Sequence record: NC_054920.1
Direction: 5' to 3' (one strand)
Source: Escherichia phage vB_EcoM_G9062
DNA length: 64,000 nt
The notes beneath the pieces were generated by a model. The model did not search any database and was not told the origin of the DNA. It was given only the letters and a program-made list of their open reading frames with translations. How positions within the stretch are numbered: the first letter of the stretch is position 1; every line of letters begins with the position of its first letter. The translations under genes were made by a program, and so were the position numbers. Below are positions 46,929 to 62,037 of this stretch, piece by piece.

Positions 46929-48911
46929 ATGGCAAATACCCCTGTAAATTATCAATTAACAAGAACAGCAAATGCTATTCCCGAGATATTCGTCGGGGGT
47001 ACGTTTGCTGAAATAAAACAAAACCTCATTGAATGGCTTAATGGCCAAAATGAATTTTTGGATTATGATTTTGAAGGCTCAAGATTAAACGTTCTGTGTG
47101 ACCTTTTAGCTTATAATACATTGTACATTCAACAGTTTGGTAATGCTGCTGTGTATGAAAGCTTTATGCGTACTGCTAACTTACGAAGTTCAGTTGTTCA
47201 AGCTGCACAAGATAACGGATATTTACCTACTTCAAAATCCGCTGCGCAGACCGAAATTATGTTAACATGCACCGACGCATTGAATAGGAATTACATTACT
47301 ATTCCTCGCGGAACTCGCTTTTTAGCATATGCAAAAGATACTTCTGTTAATCCATATAACTTCGTTTCTACCGAAGACGTTATTGCTATTCGTGATAAAA
47401 ATAACCAATATTTTCCGCGTTTAAAATTGGCCCAGGGACGTATAGTAAGAACTGAAATCATTTATGATAAATTAACACCTATTATCATTTATGATAAAAA
47501 TATTGATAGAAACCAGGTTAAATTATACGTTGATGGAGCAGAATGGATTAACTGGACAAGAAAGTCAATGGTTCATGCTGGTTCTACATCGACAATTTAC
47601 TACATGCGTGAAACTATTGATGGAAATACTGAATTCTATTTTGGTGAAGGTGAAATTTCTGTTAATGCTTCTGAAGGAGCTTTGACCGCTAATTATATCG
47701 GAGGTCTTAAACCTACTCAGAACTCTACGATTGTTATTGAGTACATCAGTACTAATGGTGCTGACGCGAACGGAGCAGTCGGATTTTCATACGCAGATAC
47801 ATTAACAAATATAACTGTCATCAATATTAATGAAAATCCAAACGATGACCCAGATTTTGTTGGGGCAGATGGCGGCGGTGATCCAGAAGATATTGAGCGT
47901 ATCCGCGAATTGGGTACTATTAAACGCGAAACCCAGCAACGCTGCGTAACTGCGACTGACTATGATACATTCGTTTCAGAGAGATTTGGTTCTATTATTC
48001 AAGCAGTTCAGACTTTCACTGATTCTACTAAACCTGGTTATGCATTTATTGCTGCTAAACCTAAATCAGGTCTGTATTTAACTACTGTACAGCGTGAAGA
48101 TATTAAAAATTATCTCAAAGACTATAATTTAGCTCCTATTACGCCATCAATTATTTCTCCTAATTATCTTTTTATTAAGACTAATTTAAAAGTCACATAT
48201 GCTTTAAATAAGCTGCAAGAATCCGAACAGTGGCTCGAAGGTCAAATAATTGATAAAATTGATCGTTATTATACCGAAGACGTAGAAATTTTTAATTCAT
48301 CTTTCGCTAAATCTAAGATGTTGACATATGTAGATGATGCAGATCATTCTATCATTGGCTCATCAGCGACAATTCAAATTGTTCGTGAAGTACAAAACTT
48401 CTATAAAACGCCTGAAGCAGGTATTAAATACAATAATCAAATAAAAGATCGTTCTATGGAATCTAATACGTTTTCATTTAATTCTGGACGAAAGGTTGTA
48501 AATCCTGATACTGGTTTAGAAGAAGATGTATTATATGACGTTCGCATAGTATCAACAGACCGAGATTCTAAAGGAATTGGTAAAGTTATTATTGGTCCAT
48601 TTGCTTCTGGCGATGTTACAGAAAATGAAAACATTCAGCCATATACAGGCAACGATTTTAACAAATTAGCAAATTCTGATGGACGCGACAAATACTATGT
48701 TATCGGTGAAATAAATTATCCAGCTGATGTGATTTATTGGAATATCGCTAAAATTAATTTAACATCTGAAAAATTTGAAGTTCAGACCATCGAATTATAT
48801 TCTGACCCAACCGATGATGTTATCTTTACTCGCGACGGTTCACTGATTGTATTTGAAAATGACTTACGTCCACAATACTTAACTATCGATTTGGAGCCTA
48901 TATCACAATGA
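46929..48911 (+). CDS. 6: baseplate wedge protein gp6
   Basis: 660 aa as T4 gp6; synteny. Confidence 0.9.
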   Translation: MANTPVNYQLTRTANAIPEIFVGGTFAEIKQNLIEWLNGQNEFLDYDFEGSRLNVLCDLLAYNTLYIQQFGNAAVYESFMRTANLRSSVVQAAQDNGYLPTSKSAAQTEIMLTCTDALNRNYITIPRGTRFLAYAKDTSVNPYNFVSTEDVIAIRDKNNQYFPRLKLAQGRIVRTEIIYDKLTPIIIYDKNIDRNQVKLYVDGAEWINWTRKSMVHAGSTSTIYYMRETIDGNTEFYFGEGEISVNASEGALTANYIGGLKPTQNSTIVIEYISTNGADANGAVGFSYADTLTNITVININENPNDDPDFVGADGGGDPEDIERIRELGTIKRETQQRCVTATDYDTFVSERFGSIIQAVQTFTDSTKPGYAFIAAKPKSGLYLTTVQREDIKNYLKDYNLAPITPSIISPNYLFIKTNLKVTYALNKLQESEQWLEGQIIDKIDRYYTEDVEIFNSSFAKSKMLTYVDDADHSIIGSSATIQIVREVQNFYKTPEAGIKYNNQIKDRSMESNTFSFNSGRKVVNPDTGLEEDVLYDVRIVSTDRDSKGIGKVIIGPFASGDVTENENIQPYTGNDFNKLANSDGRDKYYVIGEINYPADVIYWNIAKINLTSEKFEVQTIELYSDPTDDVIFTRDGSLIVFENDLRPQYLTIDLEPISQ

Positions 48912-51900
48912 CAGTAAAAGCACCTTCAGTCACTAGTCTCAGAATTTCCAAGTTATCCGCAAATCAGGTGCAAGTACGCTGGGATGACGTTGGTGCTAAT
49001 TTCTACTATTTTGTAGAAATCGCTGAGACAAAAACGAACTCGGGGGAAAATCTCCCGAGTAATCAATACAGATGGATTAACTTAGGATATACTGCAAATA
49101 ACAGCTTCTTTTTTGATGATGCTGACCCATTGACATCATACATTATCAGAGTAGCTACAGCTGCGCAAGATTTTGAGCAGTCTGATTGGATTTATACCGA
49201 AGAGTTTGAAACTTTTGCTACAAATGCTTATACATTTCAAAACATGATTGAAATGCAATTAGCCAATAAATTCATTCAGGAAAAATTTACTCTTAATAAT
49301 TCTGATTATGTTAATTTTAACAATGACACTATAATGGCTGCATTGATGAATGAATCATTTCAATTCAGCCCATCGTATGTTGATGTTTCATCAATAAGTA
49401 ATTTTATTATTGGTGAAAATGAGTATCATGAAATACAAGGTTCTATTCAGCAAGTATGTAAGGATATTAACCGAGTTTATTTGATGGAATCAGAAGGAAT
49501 TCTATATCTTTTTGAGCGCTATCAACCTGTAGTTAAAGTATCCAATGATAAAGGACAAACCTGGAAAGCCGTAAAGCTCTTCAATGACCGTGTAGGATAT
49601 CCTTTATCTAAGACAGTATATTACCAATCTGCGAACACAACATACGTTCTAGGATACGACAAGATTTTCTATGGCCGTAAATCGACTGACGTTAGATGGT
49701 CAGCAGATGATGTCAGATTCAGTTCGCAGGATATAACATTTGCTAAACTTGGCGACCAGTTACATTTAGGATTTGATGTAGAAATCTTTGGTACTTATGC
49801 GACTTTACCAGCGAATGTATATCGTATAGCTGAAGCCATTACTTGTACGGATGATTATATCTATGTTGTTGCCAGAGATAAAGTTAGATATATAAAAACG
49901 AGCAATGCACCTATAGATTCTGATCCATTATCTCCAACATATTCGGAAAGGCTATTTGAATCTGATACAATGACTATAACTGGAAATCCTAAAGCAGTAT
50001 GCTATAAAATGGATTCTATTGGTGATAAAGTTTTTGCTCTTATTATCGGTGAAGTTGAAACATTAAATGCTAATCCTAGAACGTCAAAAATAATTGATTC
50101 TACTGATAAAGGAATATATGTTTTAAATCATGACACAAAAACGTGGAAAAGAGTTTTTGGCAACACTGAAGAAGAAAGAAGACGTATTCAACCTGGGTAT
50201 GCGAATATGTCAACTGATGGTAAATTAGTTTCTCTATCTTCGAGTAATTTTAAATTTTTAAATGATAACGTTGTTAATGACCCTGAAACTGTAGCAAAAT
50301 ATCAGTTAATCGGTGCCGTTAAATATGAATTTCCTCGTGAATGGTTAGCTGATAAGCATTATCATATGATGGCATTTATAGCAGATGAAAAGTCTGATTG
50401 GGAAACTTTTACGCCTCAGCCAATGAAATACTACGCAGAACCGTTCTTTAATTGGTCTAAAAAATCTAACACACGCTGTTGGATAAACAACTCTAATAGA
50501 GCTGTAGTAGTTTATGCTGATTTAAAATACACTAAAGTTATAGAAAATATTCCGGAAACATCACCAGATAGATTAGTTCATGAATACTGGGATGATGGTG
50601 ATTGTACGATAGTAATGCCAAATGTTAAATTCACGGGATTTAAAAAATATGCGTCTGGGATGCTTTTTTATAAATCTTCTGGTGAAATAATTTCTTATTA
50701 TGATTTTAACTATCGTGTGAGAGATACAGTAGAAATTATTTGGAAGCCGACTGGAGTATTTTTAAAAGCATTTTTACAAAACCAAGAGCATGAGACTCCT
50801 TGGTCGCCAGAAGAAGAGCATGGATTAGCTGACCCTGATTTAAGACCATTAATTGGCACAATGATGCCTGATTCTTATTTGTTGCAGGATTCGAATTTTG
50901 AGGCATTTTGCGAAGCATATATTCAGTATCTTTCTGATGGATATGGAACTCAGTATAACAATTTACGAAATTTAATTCGTAATCAGTATCCACGAGAAGA
51001 GCATGCGTGGGAATATTTGTGGTCAGAGATATATAAAAGAAACATTTATTTAAATGCTGACAAACGTGATGCTGTTGCAAGATTTTTTGAATCACGTAGT
51101 TATGATTTTTATTCTACTAAAGGAATTGAAGCATCATACAAGTTTCTTTTTAAAGTTCTTTATAATGAAGAAGTTGAAATTGAAATTGAATCTGGGGCCG
51201 GTACTGAATATGACATAATCGTTCAATCTGATTCTTTGACTGAAGATTTAGTAGGACAAACGATTTATACGGCAACAGGAAGATGTAATGTTACTTATAT
51301 AGAAAGAAGTTATTCTAATGGTAAATTGCAATGGACCGTAACTATTCATAATCTTTTGGGAAGATTAATTGCTGGTCAAGAAGTTAAAGCAGAAAGACTC
51401 CCTAGTTTTGAAGGCGAAATTATTCGTGGAGTTAAAGGAAAGGATTTGCTTCAAAACAATATAGACTATATTAATAGAAGTAGATCATACTATGTAATGA
51501 AAATTAAATCCAATTTACCTTCTTCCCGCTGGAAATCTGACGTTATTCGTTTTGTTCATCCAGTAGGATTTGGATTTATAGCAATTACCCTTTTAACGAT
51601 GTTTATTAATGTTGGTTTAACTCTTAAACACACAGAGACAATAATTAATAAATATAAAAACTATAAATGGGATTCTGGATTGCCTACTGAATATGCTGAT
51701 AGAGTAGCTAAATTAACTCCAACCGGTGAAATTGAGCATGATTCAGTAACAGGCGAAGCAATTTATGAGCCTGGCCCAATGGCTGGTGTAGAATATCCTC
51801 TTCCTGATGACTATAATGCTGAAAATAATAATTCAATATTTCAAGGTCAATTGCCGTCTGAACGACGTAAATTAATGAGTCCCCTATTTGATGCTTCTGG

Positions 51901-52006
51901 AACAACATTTGCGCAATTTAGGGATTTAGTTAATAAACGTCTAAAAGATAATATAGGAAATCCAAGAGACCCTGAAAATCCAACACAGGTTAAAATAGAT
52001 GAATGA
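48908..52006 (+). CDS. 7: baseplate wedge initiator gp7
   Basis: 1032 aa as T4 gp7. Confidence 0.9.
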   Translation: MTVKAPSVTSLRISKLSANQVQVRWDDVGANFYYFVEIAETKTNSGENLPSNQYRWINLGYTANNSFFFDDADPLTSYIIRVATAAQDFEQSDWIYTEEFETFATNAYTFQNMIEMQLANKFIQEKFTLNNSDYVNFNNDTIMAALMNESFQFSPSYVDVSSISNFIIGENEYHEIQGSIQQVCKDINRVYLMESEGILYLFERYQPVVKVSNDKGQTWKAVKLFNDRVGYPLSKTVYYQSANTTYVLGYDKIFYGRKSTDVRWSADDVRFSSQDITFAKLGDQLHLGFDVEIFGTYATLPANVYRIAEAITCTDDYIYVVARDKVRYIKTSNAPIDSDPLSPTYSERLFESDTMTITGNPKAVCYKMDSIGDKVFALIIGEVETLNANPRTSKIIDSTDKGIYVLNHDTKTWKRVFGNTEEERRRIQPGYANMSTDGKLVSLSSSNFKFLNDNVVNDPETVAKYQLIGAVKYEFPREWLADKHYHMMAFIADEKSDWETFTPQPMKYYAEPFFNWSKKSNTRCWINNSNRAVVVYADLKYTKVIENIPETSPDRLVHEYWDDGDCTIVMPNVKFTGFKKYASGMLFYKSSGEIISYYDFNYRVRDTVEIIWKPTGVFLKAFLQNQEHETPWSPEEEHGLADPDLRPLIGTMMPDSYLLQDSNFEAFCEAYIQYLSDGYGTQYNNLRNLIRNQYPREEHAWEYLWSEIYKRNIYLNADKRDAVARFFESRSYDFYSTKGIEASYKFLFKVLYNEEVEIEIESGAGTEYDIIVQSDSLTEDLVGQTIYTATGRCNVTYIERSYSNGKLQWTVTIHNLLGRLIAGQEVKAERLPSFEGEIIRGVKGKDLLQNNIDYINRSRSYYVMKIKSNLPSSRWKSDVIRFVHPVGFGFIAITLLTMFINVGLTLKHTETIINKYKNYKWDSGLPTEYADRVAKLTPTGEIEHDSVTGEAIYEPGPMAGVEYPLPDDYNAENNNSIFQGQLPSERRKLMSPLFDASGTTFAQFRDLVNKRLKDNIGNPRDPENPTQVKIDE

Positions 52007-53003
52007 TTCAAGTGTTATCTATCGTGCGATAGTTACTTCAAAATTTAGAACAGAAAAAATGTTGAATTTTTATAATTCAATTGGAAGTGGTCCGGATAAA
52101 AACACTATCTTTATCACATTTGGAAGATCAGAACCGTGGTCATCAAATGAAAATGAGGTGGGCTTTGCCCCACCTTATCCAACCGATTCTGTATTAGGCG
52201 TAACTGACATGTGGACGCATATGATGGGAACAGTAAAGGTTCTTCCATCAATGCTTGACGCAGTTATTCCTCGTCGAGATTGGGGAGATACTAGATATCC
52301 GGATCCATACACATTTAGAATTAACGATATTGTAGTGTGTAACTCAGCTCCTTACAACGCTACTGAATCAGGCGCAGGCTGGTTAGTATATCGTTGTTTA
52401 GATGTTCCTGATACTGGAATGTGTTCAATTGCATCTTTAACTGATAAGGATGAATGCCTTAAATTAGGCGGAAAATGGACTCCTTCTGTTAGGTCAATGA
52501 CTCCTCCTGAAGGTCGAGGAGATGCGGAAGGAACAATCGAACCTGGAGACGGATATGTTTGGGAATATCTTTTTGAGATTCCGCCTGATGTATCTATAAA
52601 TAGATGCACAAATGAATATATCGTAGTTCCTTGGCCTGAGGAATTAAAAGAAGATCCAACTAGATGGGGGTATGAAGATAATCTCACTTGGCAGCAAGAT
52701 GATTTTGGATTAATTTACCGGGTTAAGGCAAATACTATCCGTTTTAAAGCATATTTAGATTCAGTTTATTTTCCTGATGCTGCATTGCCAGGAAATAAAG
52801 GATTTAGACAAATATCAATAATCACGAATCCTCTTGAAGCTAAAGCTCATCCAAATGACCCAAACGTTAAAGCTGAAAAGGATTATTATGACCCAGAAGA
52901 TTTAATGAGGCATTCGGGCGAAATGATTTATATGGAAAATAGGCCACCTATTATCATGGCAATGGATCAGACAGAAGAAATCAATATTCTGTTTACATTT
53001 TAA
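51999..53003 (+). CDS. 8: baseplate wedge protein gp8
   Basis: 334 aa as T4 gp8. Confidence 0.9.
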   Translation: MNDSSVIYRAIVTSKFRTEKMLNFYNSIGSGPDKNTIFITFGRSEPWSSNENEVGFAPPYPTDSVLGVTDMWTHMMGTVKVLPSMLDAVIPRRDWGDTRYPDPYTFRINDIVVCNSAPYNATESGAGWLVYRCLDVPDTGMCSIASLTDKDECLKLGGKWTPSVRSMTPPEGRGDAEGTIEPGDGYVWEYLFEIPPDVSINRCTNEYIVVPWPEELKEDPTRWGYEDNLTWQQDDFGLIYRVKANTIRFKAYLDSVYFPDAALPGNKGFRQISIITNPLEAKAHPNDPNVKAEKDYYDPEDLMRHSGEMIYMENRPPIIMAMDQTEEINILFTF

Positions 53004-53008
53004 ATTAA

Positions 53009-53034
53009 GGGAGCCCATGGGCTCCCTTTTTCTT
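53009..53034 (+). terminator. intrinsic terminator after gene 8
   Basis: GGGAGCCC-AUG-GGCUCCC hairpin followed by UUUUUCUUU. Confidence 0.65.
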
Positions 53035-53042
53035 TATAAATA
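53035..53042 (+). promoter_or_regulatory. late promoter TATAAATA for gene 9
   Basis: exact TATAAATA 24 nt upstream of the gene 9 ATG, directly after the terminator. Confidence 0.65.
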
Positions 53043-53066
53043 CTATAAACTCATAAGGAAACCGCT

Positions 53067-53933
53067 ATGTTCATTCAAGAACCAAAGAAATTGATTGATA
53101 CCGGCGAAATTGGTAACGCTTCTACTGGTGATATCTTATTCGACGGTGGTAATAAAATTAATAGTGATTTTAACGCAATTTATAATGCGTTTGGCGATCA
53201 GCGTAAAATGGCAGTAGCAAATGGCACTGGAGCAGATGGTCAAATTATCCATGCTACTGGGTATTATCAAAAACACTCTATTACAGAGTACGCAACTCCA
53301 GTGAAAGTTGGCACTAGACATGATATTGATACCTCTACTGTAGGTGTTAAAGTTATTATTGAAAGAGGCGAACTCGGCGATTGTGTTGAATTCATTAACT
53401 CTAATGGATCAATATCAGTTACTAATCCTTTAACGATTCAAGCTATTGATTCAATTAAAGGTGTTTCAGGTAATTTAGTAGTAACTAGCCCATATAGTAA
53501 AGTAACTTTACGCTGTATTTCATCTGATAATTCTACATCGGTTTGGAATTATTCTATTGAAAGTATGTTTGGACAAAAGGAATCACCAGCTGAAGGTACA
53601 TGGAATATTTCTACATCCGGATCAGTTGATATTCCACTATTTCATCGCACTGAATACAATATGGCTAAATTGCTAGTTACGTGCCAATCAGTAGATGGAA
53701 GAAAAATTAAAACAGCAGAAATAAATATTCTTGTGGATACTGTTAATTCAGAAGTTATTTCTTCTGAGTATGCTGTCATGAGAGTTGGAAATGAAACAGA
53801 AGAAGACGAGATTGCTAATATTGCATTTAGTATTAAAACCAACTATGTAACGGCGACTATAAGTTCTTCTACCGTTGGCATGAGAGCAGCAGTTAAAGTT
53901 ATCGCTACGCAGAAAATCGGGGTGGCTCAATAA
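53067..53933 (+). CDS. 9: baseplate wedge protein gp9 (long tail fibre socket)
   Basis: 288 aa as T4 gp9. Confidence 0.9.
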   Translation: MFIQEPKKLIDTGEIGNASTGDILFDGGNKINSDFNAIYNAFGDQRKMAVANGTGADGQIIHATGYYQKHSITEYATPVKVGTRHDIDTSTVGVKVIIERGELGDCVEFINSNGSISVTNPLTIQAIDSIKGVSGNLVVTSPYSKVTLRCISSDNSTSVWNYSIESMFGQKESPAEGTWNISTSGSVDIPLFHRTEYNMAKLLVTCQSVDGRKIKTAEINILVDTVNSEVISSEYAVMRVGNETEEDEIANIAFSIKTNYVTATISSSTVGMRAAVKVIATQKIGVAQ

Positions 53934-55738
53934 TGAAACAAAATATTAATATCGGTAATGTTGTTGATGATGGTACCGGTGACTACCTGCGTAAAGGTGG
54001 TATAAAAATAAATGAAAACTTTGATGAACTTTATTATGAACTTGGCGATGGAGATGTTCCATATTCAGCCGGTGCCTGGAAAACTTATAATGCTTCATCC
54101 GGTCAAACATTAAAAGCTAAGTGGGGAAAATCATACGCTATTAATACCTCTTCTGGAAGAGTAACTTTACAACTTCCTAAAGGAACTGTTAATGATTATA
54201 ATAAAGTAATTAGAGCTAGGGATGTATTTGCAACATGGAACATTAATCCAGTTACTTTAGTAGCTGCTTCTGGGGATACAATTAAAGGGTCGTCATCGTC
54301 AGTTGAAATTAATATTCAATTTAGTGATTTAGAGCTCGTTTATTGCGCTCCAGGACGTTGGGAATATGTCAAAAACAAACAAATTGACAAAATTATTAGT
54401 TCAGATATTAGTAATGTAGCACGTAAAGAATTTTTAGTCGAAGTTCAAGGACAAACAGACTTTTTAGATGTTTTCCGCGGAACTAGCTATAATGTTAATA
54501 ACATCCGAGTAAAACACCGTGGTAATGAATTATATTACGGCGATGTATTTAGTGAAAACAGTGACTTTGGCTCTCCCGGAGAAAATGAAGGAGAATTGAT
54601 TCCTCTTGATGGATTTAATATTAGGTTAAGACAGCCTTGTAATATTGGTGACACTGTTCAAATTGAAACATTTATGGATGGTGTATCACAATGGAGAAGT
54701 TCATATACAAGACGCCAAATAAAAGTACTGGATTCAAAACTAACGTCAAAAACGTCTTTAGAAGGAAGTATTTACGTTACTGATTTATCAACAATGAAAT
54801 CAATTCCATTTTCTGCATTTGGATTAATTCCTGGAGAACCTATTAATCCTAATTCTCTTGAAGTTCGTTTTAATGGAATTTTACAACAACAAGCTGGAAC
54901 AGCAGGATATCCTCTGTTTTTGTGTGAAGGTGCTAACTCAGATACGCAAGCAGGATGTATATCTCTTGGTGGTGAATGGAAAGAATCGAACACAGATTAT
55001 TCTATAGAATATGAAGATGGAAAACCTGTCAGTCTTTTATTTGATAGAAAATTTGAATCAGGTGATATAATCGTTATAACATGGTTTAATAATGATTTAG
55101 GAACTCTTTTAGAAAAAGATGACATTATTGAATTAACTGATGACCGTTATGTTAGTAAAGGATCATCTACTGAAGTTACTGGGGATGTAGCCTTAACAGA
55201 TTTTGATAAAATCGGTTGGCCAAATGTTGAAAAAGTTGATTCTTATACTAGAACGTATAATTCAATATCATCTATTTTCGACAGCATTTATCCTGTTGGT
55301 TCAATTTATGAAAATGCTATAAACCCAAATAATCCGGTGACTTATATGGGATTTGGTTCATGGAAATTATTTGGTAAAGGACAAGTTTTAGTAGGATGGA
55401 ATGATGATGTTACGGATCCAAACTTTGCTTTAAACAATAATGATTTAGATTCTAGCGGAAATCCTTCACATACTGCCGGTGGAACAGTTGGTACAACATC
55501 AGTAACGCTTGAAAACGCAAATCTTCCTGCGACTAAAACTGATGAAAGAGTTTTAATTGAAGACGAAAATGGATCAGTTATTATTGGAGGATGTCAATAT
55601 GACCCAGACGAAACTGGTCCTATATATACAAAATATCGTGAAGACTACGCAACAACAAACTCTTCACATACTCCTCCTACTAATATTAGTAATATTCAAC
55701 CGTCTATTACTGTATACCGTTGGATAAGGATTGCATAA
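53933..55738 (+). CDS. 10: baseplate wedge protein gp10
   Basis: 601 aa (T4 gp10 about 602). Confidence 0.9.
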   Translation: MKQNINIGNVVDDGTGDYLRKGGIKINENFDELYYELGDGDVPYSAGAWKTYNASSGQTLKAKWGKSYAINTSSGRVTLQLPKGTVNDYNKVIRARDVFATWNINPVTLVAASGDTIKGSSSSVEINIQFSDLELVYCAPGRWEYVKNKQIDKIISSDISNVARKEFLVEVQGQTDFLDVFRGTSYNVNNIRVKHRGNELYYGDVFSENSDFGSPGENEGELIPLDGFNIRLRQPCNIGDTVQIETFMDGVSQWRSSYTRRQIKVLDSKLTSKTSLEGSIYVTDLSTMKSIPFSAFGLIPGEPINPNSLEVRFNGILQQQAGTAGYPLFLCEGANSDTQAGCISLGGEWKESNTDYSIEYEDGKPVSLLFDRKFESGDIIVITWFNNDLGTLLEKDDIIELTDDRYVSKGSSTEVTGDVALTDFDKIGWPNVEKVDSYTRTYNSISSIFDSIYPVGSIYENAINPNNPVTYMGFGSWKLFGKGQVLVGWNDDVTDPNFALNNNDLDSSGNPSHTAGGTVGTTSVTLENANLPATKTDERVLIEDENGSVIIGGCQYDPDETGPIYTKYREDYATTNSSHTPPTNISNIQPSITVYRWIRIA

Positions 55739-56397
55739 TGAGTTTACTTAATAATAAAGCGGGAGTTATTTCCCGCTTAGCAGATTTTCTTGGTTTTAGA
55801 ACTAAGAAAAATGATATTTCGGTTATGAATAATCAGCCAGTAGGCGCTGTAACAATTTCACAAATATCAAAAGGTTTTTATGATTCAAATGTAGAATCTG
55901 CTATCAATGACGTTAGAAATATGGCAGAGCAACCAGTTGGAGCTGTATTAGTTAATATAAGCGGCGTATCTCCTACTGGCGTGCAACAGACCGACTATTG
56001 GTCATTTGAAGGAACTGTTACTGATACTTCAGTCAAATCAGGTGACCCAGTTATTGTTAACATGTTTGGTATTCCAGTTAAAGCTACTAATGGAATGACT
56101 TCAATTGAATTTACTAGTGCCGTTAGAATAGCTCTACAGGAAATGGTTGTAAAATTTATTGCAATTGATTCATTTGAAGACCATCCTACCATAGGAAATA
56201 AAATACAAGTTAAGTATTTAGATAACCAAGAACATATCTTAGAACAATACTCTGATAAAGGAATTACTTTCAAACAGGAAATAATTTCTCCTTCTAAACC
56301 TGGGTATGGAACTTGGCAATTATTAGGTGCGCAAACTGTTACGCTAGATAGTCACACACAACCTACAGTATTTTATTATTTTGAGAGAGTAGCATGA
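55738..56397 (+). CDS. 11: baseplate wedge protein gp11 (short tail fibre attachment)
   Basis: 219 aa from [21 protein letters not shown]; ORF track has a 6-codon upstream extension. Confidence 0.9.
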   Translation: MSLLNNKAGVISRLADFLGFRTKKNDISVMNNQPVGAVTISQISKGFYDSNVESAINDVRNMAEQPVGAVLVNISGVSPTGVQQTDYWSFEGTVTDTSVKSGDPVIVNMFGIPVKATNGMTSIEFTSAVRIALQEMVVKFIAIDSFEDHPTIGNKIQVKYLDNQEHILEQYSDKGITFKQEIISPSKPGYGTWQLLGAQTVTLDSHTQPTVFYYFERVA

Positions 56398-57944
56398 GTA
56401 ACAATACATATCAGCACGTATCAAATGAATCAAAATATGTTAAATTCGATCCTACTGGATCGAATTTTCCTGGCACTGTTACGACAGTACAGTCTGCATT
56501 ATCAAAAATAAGTAATATCGGCGTAAATGGTATTCCTGATGCAACTATGGAAGTTAAAGGAATAGCAATGATTGCGTCAGAACAAGAGGTTTTAGATGGA
56601 ACTAATAATTCTAAAATCGTTACACCAGCTACATTAGCAACAAGATTATTATATCCAAATGCTACTGAAACTAAATATGGTTTAACGCGTTATTCAACAA
56701 ATGAAGAAACATTAAAAGGCTCAGATAATAATTCATCAATAACACCACAAAAACTGAAATACCACACTGACGATGTGTTCAAAAATAGATATTCGTCTGA
56801 GTCATCAAACGGGGTTATTAAAATATCATCTACACCTGCAGCTTTGGCTGGAGTTGATGATACTACTGCGATGACTCCGCTAAAAACCCAAAAACTTGCA
56901 ATAAAATTAATTTCGCAAATAGCTCCTTCAGAAGACACTGCAACAGAATCGGTGAGAGGAGTAGTTCAATTATCTACTGTTGCACAAATTCGTCAAGGAA
57001 CTCTCCGCGAAGGATATGCAATTTCCCCGTATACCTTTATGAATTCTGTTGCAACACATGAATATAAGGGTGTTATACGCCTAGGAACGCAGACTGAAAT
57101 TAATAATAATTTGGGTGGTGTTGCAGTAACAGGTGAAACACTAAATGGTCGAGGAGCTACCGGTTCTATGCGTGGAGTAGTTAAATTAACGACGCAAGCC
57201 GGTATTGCCCCTGAAGGTGATAGCTCTGGAGCATTAGCATGGAACGCAGATGTAATTAATACTCGTGGTGGACAAACTATTAATGGTTCTTTAAATTTAG
57301 ACCATCTTACAGCAAATGGAATTTGGTCACGCGGTGGAATGTGGAAAAATGGCGATCAACCTGTTGCCACTGAAAGATATGCGTCCGAACGAGTTCCGGT
57401 TGGAACTATTATGATGTTTGCGGGTGATTCAGCACCTCCAGGTTGGATTATGTGTCATGGTGGAACCGTGTCAGGTGACCAATTTCCTGATTATAGAAAC
57501 GTAGTTGGAACAAGATTTGGTGGCGATTGGAATAATCCTGGCGTTCCTGATATGCGAGGTCTTTTCGTCAGAGGAGCCGGCACAGGCGGTCATATTTTAA
57601 ATCAACGAGGACAAGATGGTTATGGAAAGGATAGACTTGGCGTAGGATGTGACGGAATGCATGTTGGTGGTGTTCAAGCACAACAAATGTCATACCATAA
57701 ACACGCCGGTGGTTGGGGGGAATATAACAGAAGTGAAGGCCCATTTGGCGCGTCTGTTTATCAAGGATATCTTGGAACTAGAAAATATTCCGACTGGGAT
57801 AATGCTTCATACTTCACTAATGATGGATTTGAATTAGGCGGACCGAGAGATGCCCTTGGTACACTTAATCGTGAAGGATTAATTGGTTATGAAACTAGAC
57901 CATGGAATATATCATTAAACTATATTATTAAAGTTCATTACTAA
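56394..57944 (+). CDS. 12: short tail fibre protein gp12
   Basis: 516 aa (T4 527); repetitive N-terminal region and C-terminal receptor-binding domain. Confidence 0.9.
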   Translation: MSNNTYQHVSNESKYVKFDPTGSNFPGTVTTVQSALSKISNIGVNGIPDATMEVKGIAMIASEQEVLDGTNNSKIVTPATLATRLLYPNATETKYGLTRYSTNEETLKGSDNNSSITPQKLKYHTDDVFKNRYSSESSNGVIKISSTPAALAGVDDTTAMTPLKTQKLAIKLISQIAPSEDTATESVRGVVQLSTVAQIRQGTLREGYAISPYTFMNSVATHEYKGVIRLGTQTEINNNLGGVAVTGETLNGRGATGSMRGVVKLTTQAGIAPEGDSSGALAWNADVINTRGGQTINGSLNLDHLTANGIWSRGGMWKNGDQPVATERYASERVPVGTIMMFAGDSAPPGWIMCHGGTVSGDQFPDYRNVVGTRFGGDWNNPGVPDMRGLFVRGAGTGGHILNQRGQDGYGKDRLGVGCDGMHVGGVQAQQMSYHKHAGGWGEYNRSEGPFGASVYQGYLGTRKYSDWDNASYFTNDGFELGGPRDALGTLNREGLIGYETRPWNISLNYIIKVHY

Positions 57945-57953
57945 GGATTACAA

Positions 57954-59399
57954 ATGATTGAATTAAAAGATTTACCTTTTGTTGATAGCGTTCCTGACGA
58001 AGGTCAGGAACGTATTTCATGGATTAAAAATGGTGAAGAAATACTAGGAGCTAGCACTAAGTATGGAAACGATGGATCAATGAATAGACCAATTGTTTCC
58101 GTGTTTAAAAACGTCGAGGTTCTTGATGAAAATGTGGGAATTCTTAAAACTGCCATTGAAACATCGCAGAAAGATATTAAAACAATTCAAGGAGTTTTAG
58201 ATGTATCAGGAGATATAGAAGCACTATCGCAGATCAGTGTTAATAAAAATGACATATCAAATTTAAAGACACTTACTAATGAACACACTGATATATTAAC
58301 TGGAGTTGACAAAATTATTGCTGATATAGGTCCATTTAATGATGAAGAAAACTCTGTTTATAGAACAATTAGAAATGATTTATTGTGGATTAAACAAGAA
58401 CTAGGGCAATATTCTGGCCAAGACATTAACGGTCTTCCTGTTGTTGGTAATGCTAGCACAGGAATGAAACATAGAATAATAACAAATAGTACATTATTAT
58501 CTTCACAAGGCATTCGTTTAAGTGAATTAGAAAATAAATTTACTGAATCTGACGTAGGATCATTGACGGTTGAAGTTGGTAAATTACGCGATGAACTTGG
58601 TAATAAACCAGTAGATTTTGGACCAAATATTTATAATAGATTAAACACTATAGATGATAAACAAACTTTAATAAATTCTGATATAGCAGAAATTAAATCT
58701 TCTATTGGATACCCAGAAAATGTTTCTATAATAACAGAAATTAATAATAACAAAAGTAGCATTGAATCTATTAATAATGAATTAAATCAGAGTGAAGGTG
58801 TTAAACAGCGCTTAACGGCTATTGAAACTTCTATAGGTTCAGATGATATTCCTTCTAGTATTAAAGGAAAAATTAAAAATCACACAACTTCTATTGAGTC
58901 TTTAAACGGAATTGTTGGTGAAAACACTTCGTCTGGTTTAAGAGCGAATGTTTCGTGGTTAAATCAAATTGTTGGAACTGACTCCAGCGGAGGACAACCG
59001 TCTCCTTCTGGATCTCTATTAAATAAAGTTTCAGTGCTTGAAGGAGAAGTTTCAGTTTTAAACAATAATGTTCAAAATATACAAGTTGAAATAGGAAATA
59101 ATAGAACAGGAATTAAAGGTCAAGTTATTGAACTTACTTCACTTATAAATGGAAATAATCCTGACGGATCAACTGTTGAAGAACGAGGATTAACTAATTC
59201 TATAAAAACGAATGAAACTAACATTGCGGCAGTCACGCATGAAGTAAATACAGCTAAAGACAATATATCCTCTTTACAGAGCAGCGTTCAAGCTCTACAA
59301 GAAGCGGGTTATATTCCTGAAGCTCCAAAAGATGGCCAAGCTTACGTTCGTAAAGACGGCGAATGGGTACTACTTTCTACCTTTTTATCACCAGCATAA
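57954..59399 (+). CDS. wac: fibritin (whisker antigen control)
   Basis: 481 aa coiled coil ending in foldon [27 protein letters not shown]. Confidence 0.9.
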   Translation: MIELKDLPFVDSVPDEGQERISWIKNGEEILGASTKYGNDGSMNRPIVSVFKNVEVLDENVGILKTAIETSQKDIKTIQGVLDVSGDIEALSQISVNKNDISNLKTLTNEHTDILTGVDKIIADIGPFNDEENSVYRTIRNDLLWIKQELGQYSGQDINGLPVVGNASTGMKHRIITNSTLLSSQGIRLSELENKFTESDVGSLTVEVGKLRDELGNKPVDFGPNIYNRLNTIDDKQTLINSDIAEIKSSIGYPENVSIITEINNNKSSIESINNELNQSEGVKQRLTAIETSIGSDDIPSSIKGKIKNHTTSIESLNGIVGENTSSGLRANVSWLNQIVGTDSSGGQPSPSGSLLNKVSVLEGEVSVLNNNVQNIQVEIGNNRTGIKGQVIELTSLINGNNPDGSTVEERGLTNSIKTNETNIAAVTHEVNTAKDNISSLQSSVQALQEAGYIPEAPKDGQAYVRKDGEWVLLSTFLSPA

Positions 59400-59403
59400 C
59401 ATG

Positions 59404-59419
59404 GGGCCGCAAGGCCCCA
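59404..59419 (+). other. GNRA-loop hairpin after wac (GGGGCC-GCAA-GGCCCC)
   Basis: perfect 6-bp GC stem; no U tract, so a weak terminator or RNA stability element. Confidence 0.35.
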
Positions 59420-59430
59420 AAGGATTTTAA

Positions 59431-61996
<2,566 letters not shown>

Positions 61997-62037
61997 TAAA
62001 TATTATAAACTAATTAAAGCCCAGATTAGGAGAAATC

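Noticed and set aside
44621-54993. Minus-strand ORFs inside late genes (44621..44905, 46636..46854, 48437..48634, 50736..51095, 51708..51908, 52352..52687, 53136..53321, 53642..53930, 54772..54993) and plus-strand 47491..47685, 57649..57837
   Set aside because: Antisense or alternative-frame ORFs nested in long structural genes whose lengths match T4 gp5-gp12; no independent signals.
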